Source of the DNA: Hydrolagus affinis
Lineage: Eukaryota
NCBI GenBank assembly: GCA_012026655.1
Contig: JAAILG010000272.1
Span: 1-64,000 of the forward strand
Length of the DNA stretch: 64,000 nucleotides
Reading direction: 5' to 3'
Program-made: the position numbers and the translations under genes
The notes under the pieces: model-generated
Database searches by the model: none
What the model was told of the DNA's origin: nothing
Seen by the model: only the letters and a program-made list of their open reading frames with translations
In this document: positions 1-12,425 of the stretch, in pieces
Position numbering within the stretch: the stretch's first letter is position 1
How the letters are laid out: the number at the start of each line of letters is the position of its first letter

Positions 1-152
1 AGCCAATTGCGCACAGCAGCGTCCCACAAACAGTCGTGGATTGAAATGACCAATTTTATTATCGTGGTTTTTTTTTTATCCGATGGACCTGCCTGGATTT
101 GAACACAGATCTCCTGCTGGTAAGGTGGGTGGTCTAACCACTGAGGATTCCA
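1..152 (-). mobile_element. tRNA-derived Deu-domain SINE, partial
   Basis: Reverse complement of the family core (gctgctgtgcgcaattggct) and the tRNA head; cut by the window edge and internally deleted. Confidence 0.85.
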
Positions 153-299
153 CAAATTCCCCATGTCAGAAGAATGAGTTTAATAGCAACCATTAGACAA
201 ATCAATGCTCTTCAGTCTTCAAAGGAGACACTTCAGAAGGGATCCTACAGAGGTAGATAACAATTTAACTGTGATCGAAAGAGCATACTCAAGATACAT

Positions 300-512
300 G
301 AAAAACAGCAGAACAATGTAAGGACACAGATGTAACTCTACAAAGGGCAATTTCAGGAGAGATACCAGGCAATATTTCTTTAGCTAGAGTTTAGTTAATA
401 ACTGACTAGGTTACCAGGAAAGGTGGTTGAGGGCAGGGCGCTGAAATCATTTGAAAACCAGCAACTTGATGCTGTGATGAAAAATGAGATAAAATGGGCC
501 GGAAGGCCTTTC
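300..512 (+). mobile_element. Decayed CR1 LINE 3' end
   Basis: ggacacag...tttcaggagagataccaggcaatatttcttt...aaggtggttgagg...atgggccggaaggcctt resembles the CR1 ORF2 C-terminus and 3' UTR. Confidence 0.55.
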
Positions 513-912
513 CTCCCCCCCGCCCCGCACTGAACTGATCTTGTGAGCGGGGTTTCGATAAGACAGTAAATCTCACCTGCTCCTGCTACCATGGAAATGT
601 AACTCCAATTAGAGCCACAGAAGAAAGCCTTTTCCCCTGGTGGTGCATTCACTAGCTTATCTCGCTGGAAGATCTGTCTCGGAAAGACTTACACTTGTTC
701 ATCTGCCCTTTTCTTAAAGAGCAAATGAACAAGGCACTGCATCCGGCATGATTTACAGTCACTTGAGTAAATCTGGTCTCTTTAATAGTCTCCTTATAAA
801 CCAGACCAACCACATCATATTTCTGGCAATAGATTTACGGTTCTGGCCGTTCGATTGTTATTTCTCAGGAAAGCCGCATGGATCTGCAGGACGGAGACGG
901 CAGTTGGCTTTC

Positions 913-1258
913 GTGGAGTGCCTGTAGCAAAGTGGTTAGAGCGCTCGCCTTACAAGCACAAGACCTGTGTTTCGAATCCAGGCAGGTCAGGGAGAAACCT
1001 TGGGCAAGTTTCTTTACTCCACATACACACCTGTTAATAATCCGTCCCCCAGCCCCCCACCCCCCAAAAAAAACCTATAATAAATTGGTCATTTCAATCC
1101 ACGGTTGTTTGTGGGGTCACTGCTGTGCGCAATTGGCTGCCGTGTTTTGCCCACAAATATAGAGTCAATTTACTTTACAGTATATTCTGTGAAACATTTT
1201 GAGACGTCTAGAAGACTTGAAAAGCGCTATATCAAATGCAAAGATTATTATTATTATT
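913..1258 (+). mobile_element. tRNA-derived Deu-domain SINE, full length
   Basis: tRNA-like head (gtagc..agtggttagagcgctcgccttacaagc...ttcgaatcc), Deu core (tgctgtgcgcaattggctgccg), L2-like tail and (ATT)n. Confidence 0.92.
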
Positions 1259-1420
1259 CCTCCCTCCATTGTCTCCTTCAAGGCACGTCTCAAGACCCTT
1301 TTGTTTGACCGTGCTCTCATCCATTCTCTTACCCTCCCTGTCCACCCATTCCACCGCCCATGTCCTATAATCTGACTGTTCAGCAACCTGAGACGTCTTC
1401 CCGATGTGAAAGGTGCTTTA
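1259..1420 (+). mobile_element. L2 LINE 3' fragment
   Basis: ccttcaagg...ctcaagacccttttgtttgaccgtgc ... gagacgtcttcccgatgtgaaaggtgct, shared with the other L2 copies in the window. Confidence 0.8.
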
Positions 1421-1804
1421 ATCGCTCTAATTCTGTATTGCCCACACAGCCATTATAAGAATGTTGATTCAAAGTGTTCTCCCTCCCACCCTCAGCTGAA
1501 TGTCAAGGTGATCAAAATTGAGACTGATATCTCTGGCACGTCTGTTGAACAATAATGAAGCCTTGGATGAACAGAATATAAATCAGCTCCATCAGCAGGA
1601 AGAGAAGCCACAAGTTGAGTGTGAAGATTTGACACAGCTGCTGTTAACACCCACCTGGCAAAATCCACACACAAACTTTAGGCATTTACTGAAAAGGCAA
1701 CCCCACCCCCAAAAAAAACACACATCAATTCTCAACGCCTCTGCCGAAGCGTGGTGCAGTAGCCATTTAAAGTATCTGAACTTGCGAGGACACACAGTGA
1801 TGAA

Positions 1805-2108
1805 CTTCTGTAGCTCAGCGGTTAGAGCGCTCGCCTTGCAAGCAAGCGAGAGACCTGGGTTCGAATCCAGGCAGGTCAGAACAATGGACGAGTTTGCTTA
1901 CTCCACACGGCTGATAATAATCCCTCCAAAATTTTTTTTAAAAATTGGTTATTTTAGTCCATGACTGTTTGTGGGACGCTGCTGTGCGCAATTGGCTGCC
2001 ACGTTTTGCCCACAAATATACAGTCAATTCACTTTACGGTGTATTCTGTGAAGCGCTTTGAGACGTCAATAAGATGTGATAAGGCGCTATATCAAATGAA
2101 AGGAGTGT
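1805..2108 (+). mobile_element. Deu-domain SINE, near full length
   Basis: A-box gtagctcagcggttaga, B-box ggttcgaatcc, Deu core and tail. Confidence 0.9.
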
Positions 2109-2130
2109 TATATATATAATATATATTCCA

Positions 2131-2183
<53 letters not shown>

Positions 2184-2403
2184 ATAGTGCATCAAATTTA
2201 TATCACTTATTATCCGCTCAGGATATGGGTGAATACTGTAGTGCATTAGCTACAGGCTCAGAGGGAAAGCTTATAAATGATCCTCTTTCAAGGAAATTAG
2301 TCTAGAGACAATATAGAAAATCCATAGCAGCAGAAGAGGGATTCCTGAGGGAATGCCACAATCAGTTCGAATACGGTGAGTTTTTTTTTGTACCCTTACA
2401 AGT

Positions 2404-2520
2404 TCAACCACAAAATTACATCTGTATAGCGCCTTTCACGTCGGGAAGGACGTCCTAAGGCGCTGGACAGTCAAGGGTTTCAGACCCGAGCTGGGGTCAG
2501 GATCGGGGAGGGAAAGGGAA
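2404..2520 (-). mobile_element. L2 LINE 3' end
   Basis: aaaattacatctgtatagcgcctttcacgtcggga...cagacccgagctgggg is the reverse complement of the L2 tail. Confidence 0.85.
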
Positions 2521-3711
2521 ATTTATTACTTTTAGCAAAGCTGTTGCGGCTACATGCAGGGGTGAATATATTGAAGCTTATTTTTTTTTTAAGACGGATG
2601 CCGCTATATTGCAATGCAGTGCTTCGCGCACCTGCTGTTCGGAATACTGTTCGGAATTCAGGCAATCTCTCCAGAGGAAGAGAGTGTGAGTTCCACTCCA
2701 AACACAGGCACGTTAACTTGAGTAAGTGGCTGACACACATGGAACTCTCAGGTTGCTTTGAGAGCACCGAGCTGGGAAGCATGGCGACGGGTTTCCACGT
2801 GGGTAGGACATCCGGCTGACCTCCCCCCCCCCCCCAAAAAAACAAACAAACAGAATAATCCTTTGAAAATCTGCCTCGCTCATCACCATTACGTTTTCCA
2901 TCAAAAGAAAACAGTAGTACAGGAACATGGCAACGACATCCTCCGTTACACACGGAAAGAAGAAGCGATGGTAAAACACAAGACAGTAATGAGCCGAGAG
3001 GTTTCAGCTCAATGTATCCACGGAATCCAAGTGACTTCTCCCCAGGAGAAGAATTGGCTTGCGCACAACCGACCGATAGGTATTGGCGATTAGAGTTTTG
3101 CTGGTGATAACGTTATTAATTCTTTGGGAGAAGGGAATTCAGCAACATACAAATTGCATTAGGTTTCGTGGGAAGAACAAGACATTCTATAACTCTGTAC
3201 AGGAAAGTAATAAAGACACAATTAAGCTGGAATTGCTTGTACGGTTTCAACAGGGAATCCCACAGTCACCCGCAGTGCTGTTATGAAACTAAATTTGCCT
3301 TCAGTTAGTAGAATTTTCATTGTTGAGTCACAAGCTTTGATGTGAATATTTGGGGATCGATTGGGTGGGTTCCTAGACATCACAAGGTTTGGACTAGGAT
3401 TTGGATGCATAATGACATGACGAGATGCTTTGTAATAATAATAATAATAACAACAATAAAACACCACTAAAACCAATGCCTTCATTTTATGTAGGGTCTT
3501 ATGTCTTCGAGACATCTCAAAGCGCTTCACACAATATTCTTTAACATGAATTGACAGTATGTTTTATGGACAAAATGCAAGCTTGTTCTTTTCTTCAAGG
3601 AACTCTGACTGGATTGCTATTATAGTGTTAAATTACATAATACAGTAATCACATTTGACAGAGTCAGGCATACGAGCTGGGGAGGTGAAGGTCTCAAAGT
3701 ACTTCACAGGT

Positions 3712-4066
3712 TATAATAATACTAACCTTTGCATTTGATATAGCATCTTCTCACACCTTCGCAACGTCTCAAAGCGCTTTGTAGAATATACTGTAAAGTT
3801 AATATACTGTATACTTTGTGGGTGAAATGTGGCAGCCAATTGTGCACAGCAACATCCCACAAATAGTTGCAGATCGAGTGATCAATTTATTATATTTTTT
3901 GATGGAATTATTACCCCCGGAAAAGTGATCCGCCAATCGACTAACAACCCGGTTCGTACTTACTGCTGAGCAAACAGAGGTGTGGGGAGTGAGGAAACAT
4001 TGCCCGATATTTCGTCCTGCTGGGAATCGAACTCGGGTATCTCGCGAGCGCTCTAACCACTGAGGA
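3712..4066 (-). mobile_element. Deu-domain SINE, long subfamily (extra ~55-bp segment)
   Basis: Same head, core and tail plus an insert gaaaagtgatccgccaatcgactaacaacccggttcgtacttactgctgagcaaacagag, which is also present at 46617-46924. Confidence 0.8.
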
Positions 4067-4659
4067 CTCTGCGAAGGGCAATGACTGTATTGTGCAGGCG
4101 AATACAGGAAGCCAGTTTGTGCACAACAGAGTCCCTCAACATTGTCGCTATGGTGAAACCTTGCAATTAAATCAGTCGCTGGCTAATTCGAGCATGTAGC
4201 AGTGTAATAACAGCGTTTCACAACGGCTAAAATCCCACATCTAGTGAACGCAACTTGGCAAAGCAAGAAACAGCAGACAGAAAATATTGTGTTATCCCTG
4301 TACACGATTTGCAGGTATTGACGCAAACAATATAGTAATCTGCGTTTCGTATTATATTAACTGGTCACTGTGAACCTCATGCTTCAAAAGTTCAACTGAG
4401 GCTAGAAAATTACCTGTATCAAGGCATCAGAATTAGGCGCTAACTCAAAATTAGTGGCAGCAGAGAACTCTGCTCATGAAGTCGTTAAAGCCAAATAACC
4501 TACCAATTTACACAGTTTCAGTTGTCAAACGTGGGATTCGAGTGGAGCGTGACTCTATTAATTATTGACTACGCCTTTGTGCGTTGACCGCAATCCCTAT
4601 TGAAAGATGAGAAGTTACTGGAACCGTTCAAAATACACACCTTGTTCTCGTGAACCGTT

Positions 4660-5020
4660 CAACAACAATAACATTACATTTCTGTAGCGCTTTTCACGTC
4701 AGGTGGATGTCCCAAGGCACTGGATGGTTAGTGGAGAAGGAGGGGGATCAAAATCACGGTCGAAGAGGAGGGTCTTGAGATGGGGAGGAAAGTGGGTGGG
4801 GGGGTGTTCAGTCGGAGGGACTGCAGGATGGAGTTCCAGAGGGTGGGGGCAGAAGTACCCACTTGCCAATGGTGGGGGCGGGCAAGGCGGTGTATTTGAA
4901 GCAGGCCGGAGCCCGCTGAGCAGAGGGAACGGTCAGGATGGTGTAGGAGGTTACAGAGGTAGGGGAGAACGAGGCCATGGAAGGCTTTGAAGGTGAGGAG
5001 CAAGATTTTGAACCGTATCC
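4660..5020 (-). mobile_element. L2 LINE 3' fragment (ORF2 C-terminus plus tail)
   Basis: Minus-strand translation KILLLTFKAFHGLVLPYLCNLL...PTLWNSI is typical of the L2 ORF2 C-terminus; (GTT)n tail. Confidence 0.88.
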
Positions 5021-6025
5021 TCTGTGTATCTCATTTTTAATTGAGATACAAGTTCTGGATCCCACAACGGACACTTAGGGGTAGGGCAGGGTTGTGGGAT
5101 GGAGAGAGGGGGACAATCAGCCTGGTTTAGTTGGTAACTTCTTTTCTAAGGGAGCTATCGATTTAGGTTGAAATCTTGTCACCCTTTTCCAGCCATACAC
5201 GTATGGCAAACTATTTCATTTAAAAGCACACGCACAAGTGAATAGGTGTTAGCGGAAAAGGAGCTTTGTGTTTTGGTGAGGAATAAGATACCGTTTTAGG
5301 CAGGATCTGCATCATTTGCCTGTTTTAATAATTAAAGCAGGGCTTTTAGTCACAACCCGGCTCTTTGTACTAAAATGTCAATACCTCTTGAAACGCAGCG
5401 GGCAAAACTTCTAACGGGGTCATTTATTGATGCCATATTTCAATAAGAAAGGCATAAATGAAAGTTGACAAAGCACTTTGAATGCATTTGATATTCACCT
5501 GCGAAGACAGGGTGAAAATTCAAATAAATTAAAGTGTTGGTTAGTTGATGTGTTCAGTACCCATCGTGCTGCTTATGATAATGCCTCAGGAAGATGTTTG
5601 CATAATCAGACTGCATAGTGTGCAGTATATTGAATTGCAATCCCACTACATTTCATCCAACAGCAGATATCACACATTCTATCTTAGACATAAATACCTT
5701 TGCTATCATTCTCAATTTTTTATTGCTCATACAGCTTTCTCTAAGAGGTATTCATCTCAATTTTTCACTTCCCCCCCCACTCCCCCAATGTGGATTTATT
5801 TAAATTACACTGAACGAACAGTTTAGAAAAGTTCTCGCTGAACGTGCTGACAACCAAATCTACAGGGGTCGATTTCATCTCTGATGCTCTGCCATCAAAC
5901 TTCCACTTTTGCTAGGGCACGTGTCGAATCCCAGCTCTGTGCCAATACAGAGCAAAACGAGCGTTCCTTTGCCAGTCCACAGAAACAATACTCAGTTGTT
6001 GATCTTGCTGATTCATTTCATGAAC

Positions 6026-6347
6026 CTCCTGTAGCTCAGTGGTTAGAGCACTTGCCTTACAAGCGTGAGACCTGGGTTCGAATCCAGGCAGGTCAGGGCG
6101 AAACCTTGGGCAAGTTTCCTTACTCCACACGGCGAATAATAATCTCTCCACCCAAAAAACACAACAATATAAGAAAAAATTGGTCATTTCAATCCGCGAC
6201 TGTTTGGGGACGCTGCTGTGCACAATTGGCTGCTATGTTTCGCCCATAAATTTACAGTCAATTCACTTTACAGTATATTCTGTGAAGCTTTGAGACAGTC
6301 TAGAAGACATGAAAAGAGCTATATCAAATGCAAGGATTATTATTATT
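6026..6347 (+). mobile_element. Deu-domain SINE, full length
   Basis: A-box TAGCTCAGTGG 6032-6042, B-box GGTTCGAATCC 6075-6085, Deu core, tail and (ATT)n. Confidence 0.93.
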
Positions 6348-7494
6348 AAAACAGTCAGCTGAAGGCAAATTGCGATTGTAACACGGCAAAACGTAAAATA
6401 GCAAACCTTGGATATTTCTAGAAGTAGAATTTTTGCGTAAGTAAACTAGGAAATTGACTACAGACCTAGCAGCACTAATGTTGGGCATTTTCACACTAGT
6501 GTGCATGACAAGTGTAATAGAAGCTATGCTATATCTAGGCTCGATGATGCCAACTTCCTGCTTGTCGGACTTCCCAACTCGCTCCTCGACAAGCTGCAGA
6601 TCATTCCGAATGATCCCTGGCAACGGAGTGGAGTGTGACTCTTTGAGCTCAAAGTCCTGACGCGGGCTTGGTCCAACTGAGGAGACTATCTAGATACATT
6701 TGGAAGCAGCAGCAGCAGTAACACATCTGTGTTTCCAGGAAAATACATCACCGAATGATTGAGTCTGCTTTGATTTGAGTGGCAAGTTTATTTTAAGGTG
6801 GTTCTGAAGTACAGCTTTAACGCAGACTGAAAAAATAAACTCCGTGCAACAGCCGTCTATTTATTTTCTTCGTAGTCAAATAAGCAAAGAGTATGCACTA
6901 TTAGCCACAGCTAGGCTGTGAGGAGACAGAGAGAGAGAGAGAGAAAACACAGTGGGTGGCAACTACAGAGTTTCAATGGACAAGAGAGAGAGAGAGAGAT
7001 AGAGAAAGGGGGGCAAGAAGCATAATTAATAAACACTAGACTCGACTTAAGTACAGGATATCATTTCAAACTTTCATTTTCCATTTTAAGTGGGTGGAAA
7101 TACGAAATGCTCTACTGCTGGGTTCCTATCGCAGTTCATAACTAGGATCAAGCCCACCCTGAATGTAGTGGCTAATTAAATGCAGACGCAGCTCATAATT
7201 TCTAGCTCTTCCTGCATTGATTCCAATTTTATTCCACACTCTGTAGTGGGCTAATATTTCACGTTGAATTTATGGCTTAATTAGACTGTACTCGGCTTCA
7301 TCCCCCCATGATCATCGGATCCTGAATGAATTAAAGTTACTCGGGGAACAGTAATCCAATGTGATTGTGTCTATCAAAACTGTAACCTTTTGCAGCGAAG
7401 GGAGGAAGAAAGCAAAGGTTGTGTCGAAAACAATCCCAATGTACTTTTTTTTCAACAAAAAAGAGAAAAGAAAAAGATCTTATCGATGTGAAAA

Positions 7495-7743
7495 AGAATA
7501 CACTGTAAAGTGAATTGACTGTATATTTGTGGGCGAAATGCAGCAGCCAAATGCAGCAGCAATGTCCCCACAAACAGTCGTGGATTGAAATGACCAAATT
7601 TATTCTTTTTTTTTGAGGGATTATTATGAGGCGTGTGGAGTAAGGAAACTTGCCCAAGGTTTCACCCTGACCAGCCTGGATTCGAACGCAGGTCTCACGC
7701 TTGTAAAGGCGAGTGCTCTAACCACTGAGTTACAGGAGCTCCA
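7495..7743 (-). mobile_element. Deu-domain SINE, 3'-truncated
   Basis: Reverse complement of head and core. Confidence 0.9.
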
Positions 7744-8637
7744 CATCTTGTTAGATCTGGGGCACAAACCTATTATTAATAACCTAAGCATTATTTAGAT
7801 GTGGCACATGCTTGGGGAGGGGTGGTGAGGTGTGGGGGGAGGGGTGACTCTACAAGGTAGATAAGACAGAGAGAGCAGGTGCGATGCTCTCTTGGCTGCG
7901 GGTGGTTGAGGGCAAATCATCCACTTGAATTGTTGTATTAGTCAGTCAACCCCGATCGACAGTTTCAAGCTCAGATTTTTCACCTGGATTTAAGCTGTAG
8001 GGAATCACATCAGTATTAACACAGCTTCGCATCACATCACTGAGAAAGTCTCACAGCACCTCACAGAATATACTGTAAAACAACAACAGCAAGAGCAAGG
8101 ATTCATTTTGCACTCTCCACGCCGGACGGTGCCCAAAATGGATCGACTGAGGACTTTGTGGGAGAAACGCAACAGCCAATTGCACACAGCAGCGTCCCAC
8201 AAACAATTGTGGAGTGACTGACTTAAAGCCCCTCAGCCCAGACTGTTACTGCACTTTATATTTGCTCGTTTTGATTTGCAAATGGCAGCAATTAGCCTTT
8301 TACTGTATTTTAAATGTTATTAAACATACAGCCATTAAACGTTTGACTGCTATTTTGGAGATTGTATTTTATTGGGTTTATTGGGTTTAACTGCAAGTTT
8401 GTGACAGTAGAGTTTTCCAAAAAAAAATTCAGAGCTGCAGTATTCTCTGTTCTGGTTCTATCTTCTGGTTTGTCTTGTTGATTTGGTTTTTTGGGGGAGG
8501 AAAAAAAGAGCCAAAATTATTTCTGAAGACAATACGCTTTCTTCCTTGTGAATGGCGCACTTCCATCGATAACAATTTGACATTTATTCAAAGTATTATC
8601 TCAAGCCCACACTAACATTTAATAATCTCGTATCTTC

Positions 8638-8825
8638 ATAATAATCCGGCAAAAAATAAATTGGTCATTTCAATCGACCACTGTTTGTGGGGACACTGCT
8701 GTGCGCTATTGGCTGCCGCGTTTCGTCCACAAACATACAACCAATTCAGAGTATATTCCGTGACGTGCTTTGAGACATCCAGAAGACTTGAAAAGTGCTA
8801 TTATCAAAGGCAATGATTATTATTG
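8638..8825 (+). mobile_element. Deu-domain SINE, 3' half
   Basis: ttggtcatttcaat...ctgctgtgcgctattggctgccgcgtttcg...tail. Confidence 0.85.
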
Positions 8826-9802
8826 TTCTCAGAACTGTACAATTGGCTGTGACTTTGAAATACCTTTGACGAGCTTGTCTATAACATTACATTGCTTTTT
8901 CTCTGCTGATAGAATTGAGTTCAGCAGCATTGCGGAGTGGAGCAGGGCTACAGATGACTTTCTGACAGTTGATCTTTTAGTGACTGACTCGCCAATACTG
9001 GCTACTACAGTCGTCTAATTCTCTGACTCTCTGGAGGTCAGATTCTCTGATGTCTGACTCTCGCACTGTGATGGTCTGTCTGATGCACTGTCTCCCTGAC
9101 TGACTGTGTGTGAGAATAATATGCTTTCACTCTGCCTGGTTCCCTGCTAACTAAAACATTCTGTCTGTATTCCTCCAACCCTACACATGTTCTGAATGCG
9201 GGGAATAATGTTGCCATTGAGCTCTATACAGCATTAACCTCATAAGGTTCAAACTCTGTTTTCTACAAGTGCAATGAGAAAAACGGGTTTGTGTATGATA
9301 GTATTTTCTAATGGTCTGCAGTATTCAAATTATGGAATCACAGATCACACAGCGTTGTTCCAGTTACCACACTCACATTTAAATGTTGCACATCGCCTAT
9401 ACTTTAAACACAAGTGTTCCTCCAACAGTGGAATAAAAATACAGGATTGGGGGGTGGGGGGGAAATTGCTATCCATCTAGCTCGTCCCAAAGCCATTTTT
9501 AAAGTCAATTGCCTTTGTTTGACGTAGCATGTTTCAAAGTGTTTCACGTGACTTACTACCATAAAGTGTGATCTTGTGTATTTTGTAGGCAAACAAATAC
9601 TAGTAATAGATAATGTATAATCTTGACGACACCATGTGACTCATTACCCCTCCAGTGAATTCCTGTCAAATAGCTATTTCATTCTTCCTTTATTCTCCTA
9701 ATGTGATTAAATGGGAATATACATACAACAAGGGTATGCATTTTACATCAAATATCAAATGGCTTGAACTTGCGTAATGCAAGCAATGTGTTTGAGACCA
9801 CC

Positions 9803-10060
9803 ATTTACTGGAAGGAAATACATCAACGGCTGCTTTTTAATCTAAACACCTCAAACTATTTAAGAGAATAATTACAACAGCAATTTACCCAACAGATAGT
9901 GAATGCGTTCGGTATGGTATCTTATTATCACATTGAAACGTCTCTAAAAGCCTCAGAGATTTCTGTACAGTGTAACTACTCTGCGATCCAGGTAAACATG
10001 GAAGTCAATTTGCACCCATCAATGCCCCACAAACTGCTTTGACGCAAACGTCTGATTAAT
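9803..10060 (+). repeat. Local direct duplication, copy A (~260 bp)
   Basis: Colinear with 12131-12382 (atttactggaaggaaatac...cccaacagatagtgaatgcgttcggtatgg...cgtctgattaat). Confidence 0.9.
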
Positions 10061-10429
10061 TTGAGGGAGAATGGTGCACAACAACAAAATTACATTTGTA
10101 TAGCGCCTTTCACGTCGGGAGGACGTCCCAACTAATTAACACGTACAGCTTTTACTTAGCAACAAAAGAAATTAAAAAAAACACCAGCAATAATTTTACA
10201 CTGATACACCATCTTTCTTGTTGAGAGGCCATCTCACAGAGTGGGGGAGAAAAGGATGTATGGTTGAAAAGAAAGGTCTAAGGAAGGCACTAAAGATAGA
10301 CAGAGCAGGGGGATAACTGGGCTACTCTGGACTGAACATAGTCTTCCTACACCAAACACAAGGGAGATGTTGGCTGCCAGAATTGTGCAGGGTTTTTTTT
10401 TAAAAAAAATTGGGTTTTAAAGTGGATTC

Positions 10430-10585
10430 CAGTAGATTATTTCTTATGGATAAAGGGATTAAGGGATATGGGGATAAGGCGAGGGCAGGTGGAGTTAGAT
10501 TAGAAGATCAGCCATGATCTTATTGAATGGCGGGGCAGGCTCGAGGGGCTGAATGGCCTACTCCTGCTCCTTATTCTTATGTTCT
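10430..10585 (+). mobile_element. CR1 LINE 3' end
   Basis: aagggattaagggatatggggataaggc...gatcagccatgatcttattgaatggcggggcaggctcgaggggctgaatggcctactcctgctcct, the chondrichthyan CR1 tail. Confidence 0.88.
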
Positions 10586-11030
10586 TTCTTGCTCCTTGGA
10601 AACACTTTCCTGCAAAACAGCTGGAATGGCAGATGCTCTGCAAGATAGACTTTGTCCCACCTGTTTCATGCTCAGGGTGTGTTTGAGTGGCAATGATTAA
10701 TATTGGACTCAGTTTCTTGCTCCCCAGTAAAAAAAATTTGAGCTGATCCTTTGGCTCATCACAGATGCACGGGAGAGGTAAATTGTGCATCTGGACATTC
10801 AGAACAAATTATAAGCTTTGCCACAAGTCTGCACATTATACAGGATAAAATAGGTCATTCACTTCCTACTCGTTTGTGGGACATTGCTGTGCATAAATTG
10901 TCCGCGGCATTCACCTACAAATGCAAGTGATTGTTGTATTTGTACAGCACCGTTCACACAGAGTGCTTTATTTCCACCTTAAAAAATATTGGGAGCGAAT
11001 GTTGACACAGACGGTAGTTCGCAAAGTTAC

Positions 11031-11170
11031 AATAATAATAAATAATAATAATAATAATATTCCTTGTATTTGATATTGCACATTTCACATCTTCTGGACG
11101 TTTCAAAACGCTTCACAGATTATACTGCAAAGTGAATTGACTGTACAGATGTGGGCGAAACGCTGCAGCT
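11031..11170 (-). mobile_element. Deu-domain SINE 3' fragment with (AAT)n
   Basis: (AAT)n followed by the reverse complement of the SINE tail. Confidence 0.8.
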
Positions 11171-12130
11171 TGCATCTGAAAATACATGATTGAGTTTTTC
11201 AGCCGCAACGTAACAATGTGTTTTTTTTTAAATTAAAAAAAAAATGCCGGCCACAGACGGCAGAGCTTCCCTCGGTCAGGACCGAACCAAATCTCCGCTG
11301 CGCGTTTCACCCGGGCAATTTGCGTATATTAACAAAAGCGGTTTGTTAGGTTTTACTCTGCCGTGGGTGTTGGATTGCATTCTCACCAGGGATTAGGTTC
11401 TTTCTGAAGTCTTTTTCCTGTAAGAAGGCTGAAACTCACCCATCCACGGCAAGCAAGCGAAAGTGTCATGGGCTCTGGCACTGAATAACACAGCCTTTTA
11501 GTCAGAGCTAGGCTATCGTACATTCCCTCCACTCCCAGCAGATCTCAGGCCGTGCGGTGTAAAGCTATAAATTTTAAAGGCTTCATAAATTTTTGATAAG
11601 AGCTAAACGGATTTTCAAATCCTACAGGTTTCGAATAAGAGAGCCAAAGCCTTGTAATATTCAGAAATCATGTGGAGGATTTTTTTTTTTTTTTTACTCT
11701 CTGCTTTCCATATTCCCTGAATCAGTCCAGTCACAGTATCAGTAGCACCAACACAGCTCTCAAAACTAGACAATTACAAGATATCCCCAGACTCCCAGCT
11801 GCCTGCTAGACTTGTAATGCTTCATCGGTTCTTGTCTAGGGCTGGCCTGATAACTGCAGTGTCTTATTGTATTTCTTGAGTGAATTCCGTGTTCATCAAA
11901 GCAGTATCTGCCAGCGCCGGGCAACAGAACATTCATCCATACGTTGCACCCAATGTCAGAACCAAACGCTTACTAATCAGAGATGGAACTCCATCTTTGA
12001 TACTCTTTCTTGAACTCCATCCTGGAGCTTCACCACCTTCCTAACCCCCTTGCCTCCTAGAAAGCCCATCTCAAGACCTTCCTCTTTGACAGTGCCTTTA
12101 CTTTTATGGGCGTCGCAAATAAAATCTTGA

Positions 12131-12382
12131 ATTTACTGGAAGGAAATACACCAACGGCTGCCTTTTAATTCTAAACACCTCGAACTACTTAAGAGAATAA
12201 TTGCAACAGCAACTTACCCAACAGATAGTGAATGCGTTCGGTATGGCATCATATTGAAACATCTCTAAGAGCCTCAGAGATTTTCTGTACAGCGTAGCTT
12301 CTGAGTGATCCAGGCAAACATGGAAGTCAACTTGCACACATCATTATCCCACAAACTGCTTCGACGTGAACGTCTGATTAAT
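12131..12382 (+). repeat. Local direct duplication, copy B
   Basis: Matches 9803-10060 with scattered substitutions and small indels. Confidence 0.9.
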
Positions 12383-12425
12383 CTGGGGGAAGAGAAGGGG
12401 TGAGGGTGGTTGGTCGGGTGGATAC

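Noticed and set aside
6026-6095. tRNA gene (Val-TAC/Ala-TGC-like) here and at similar heads
   Set aside because: A and B boxes and an anticodon-like arm are present, but there is no proper acceptor stem and the sequence continues into the SINE body. These are SINE heads.
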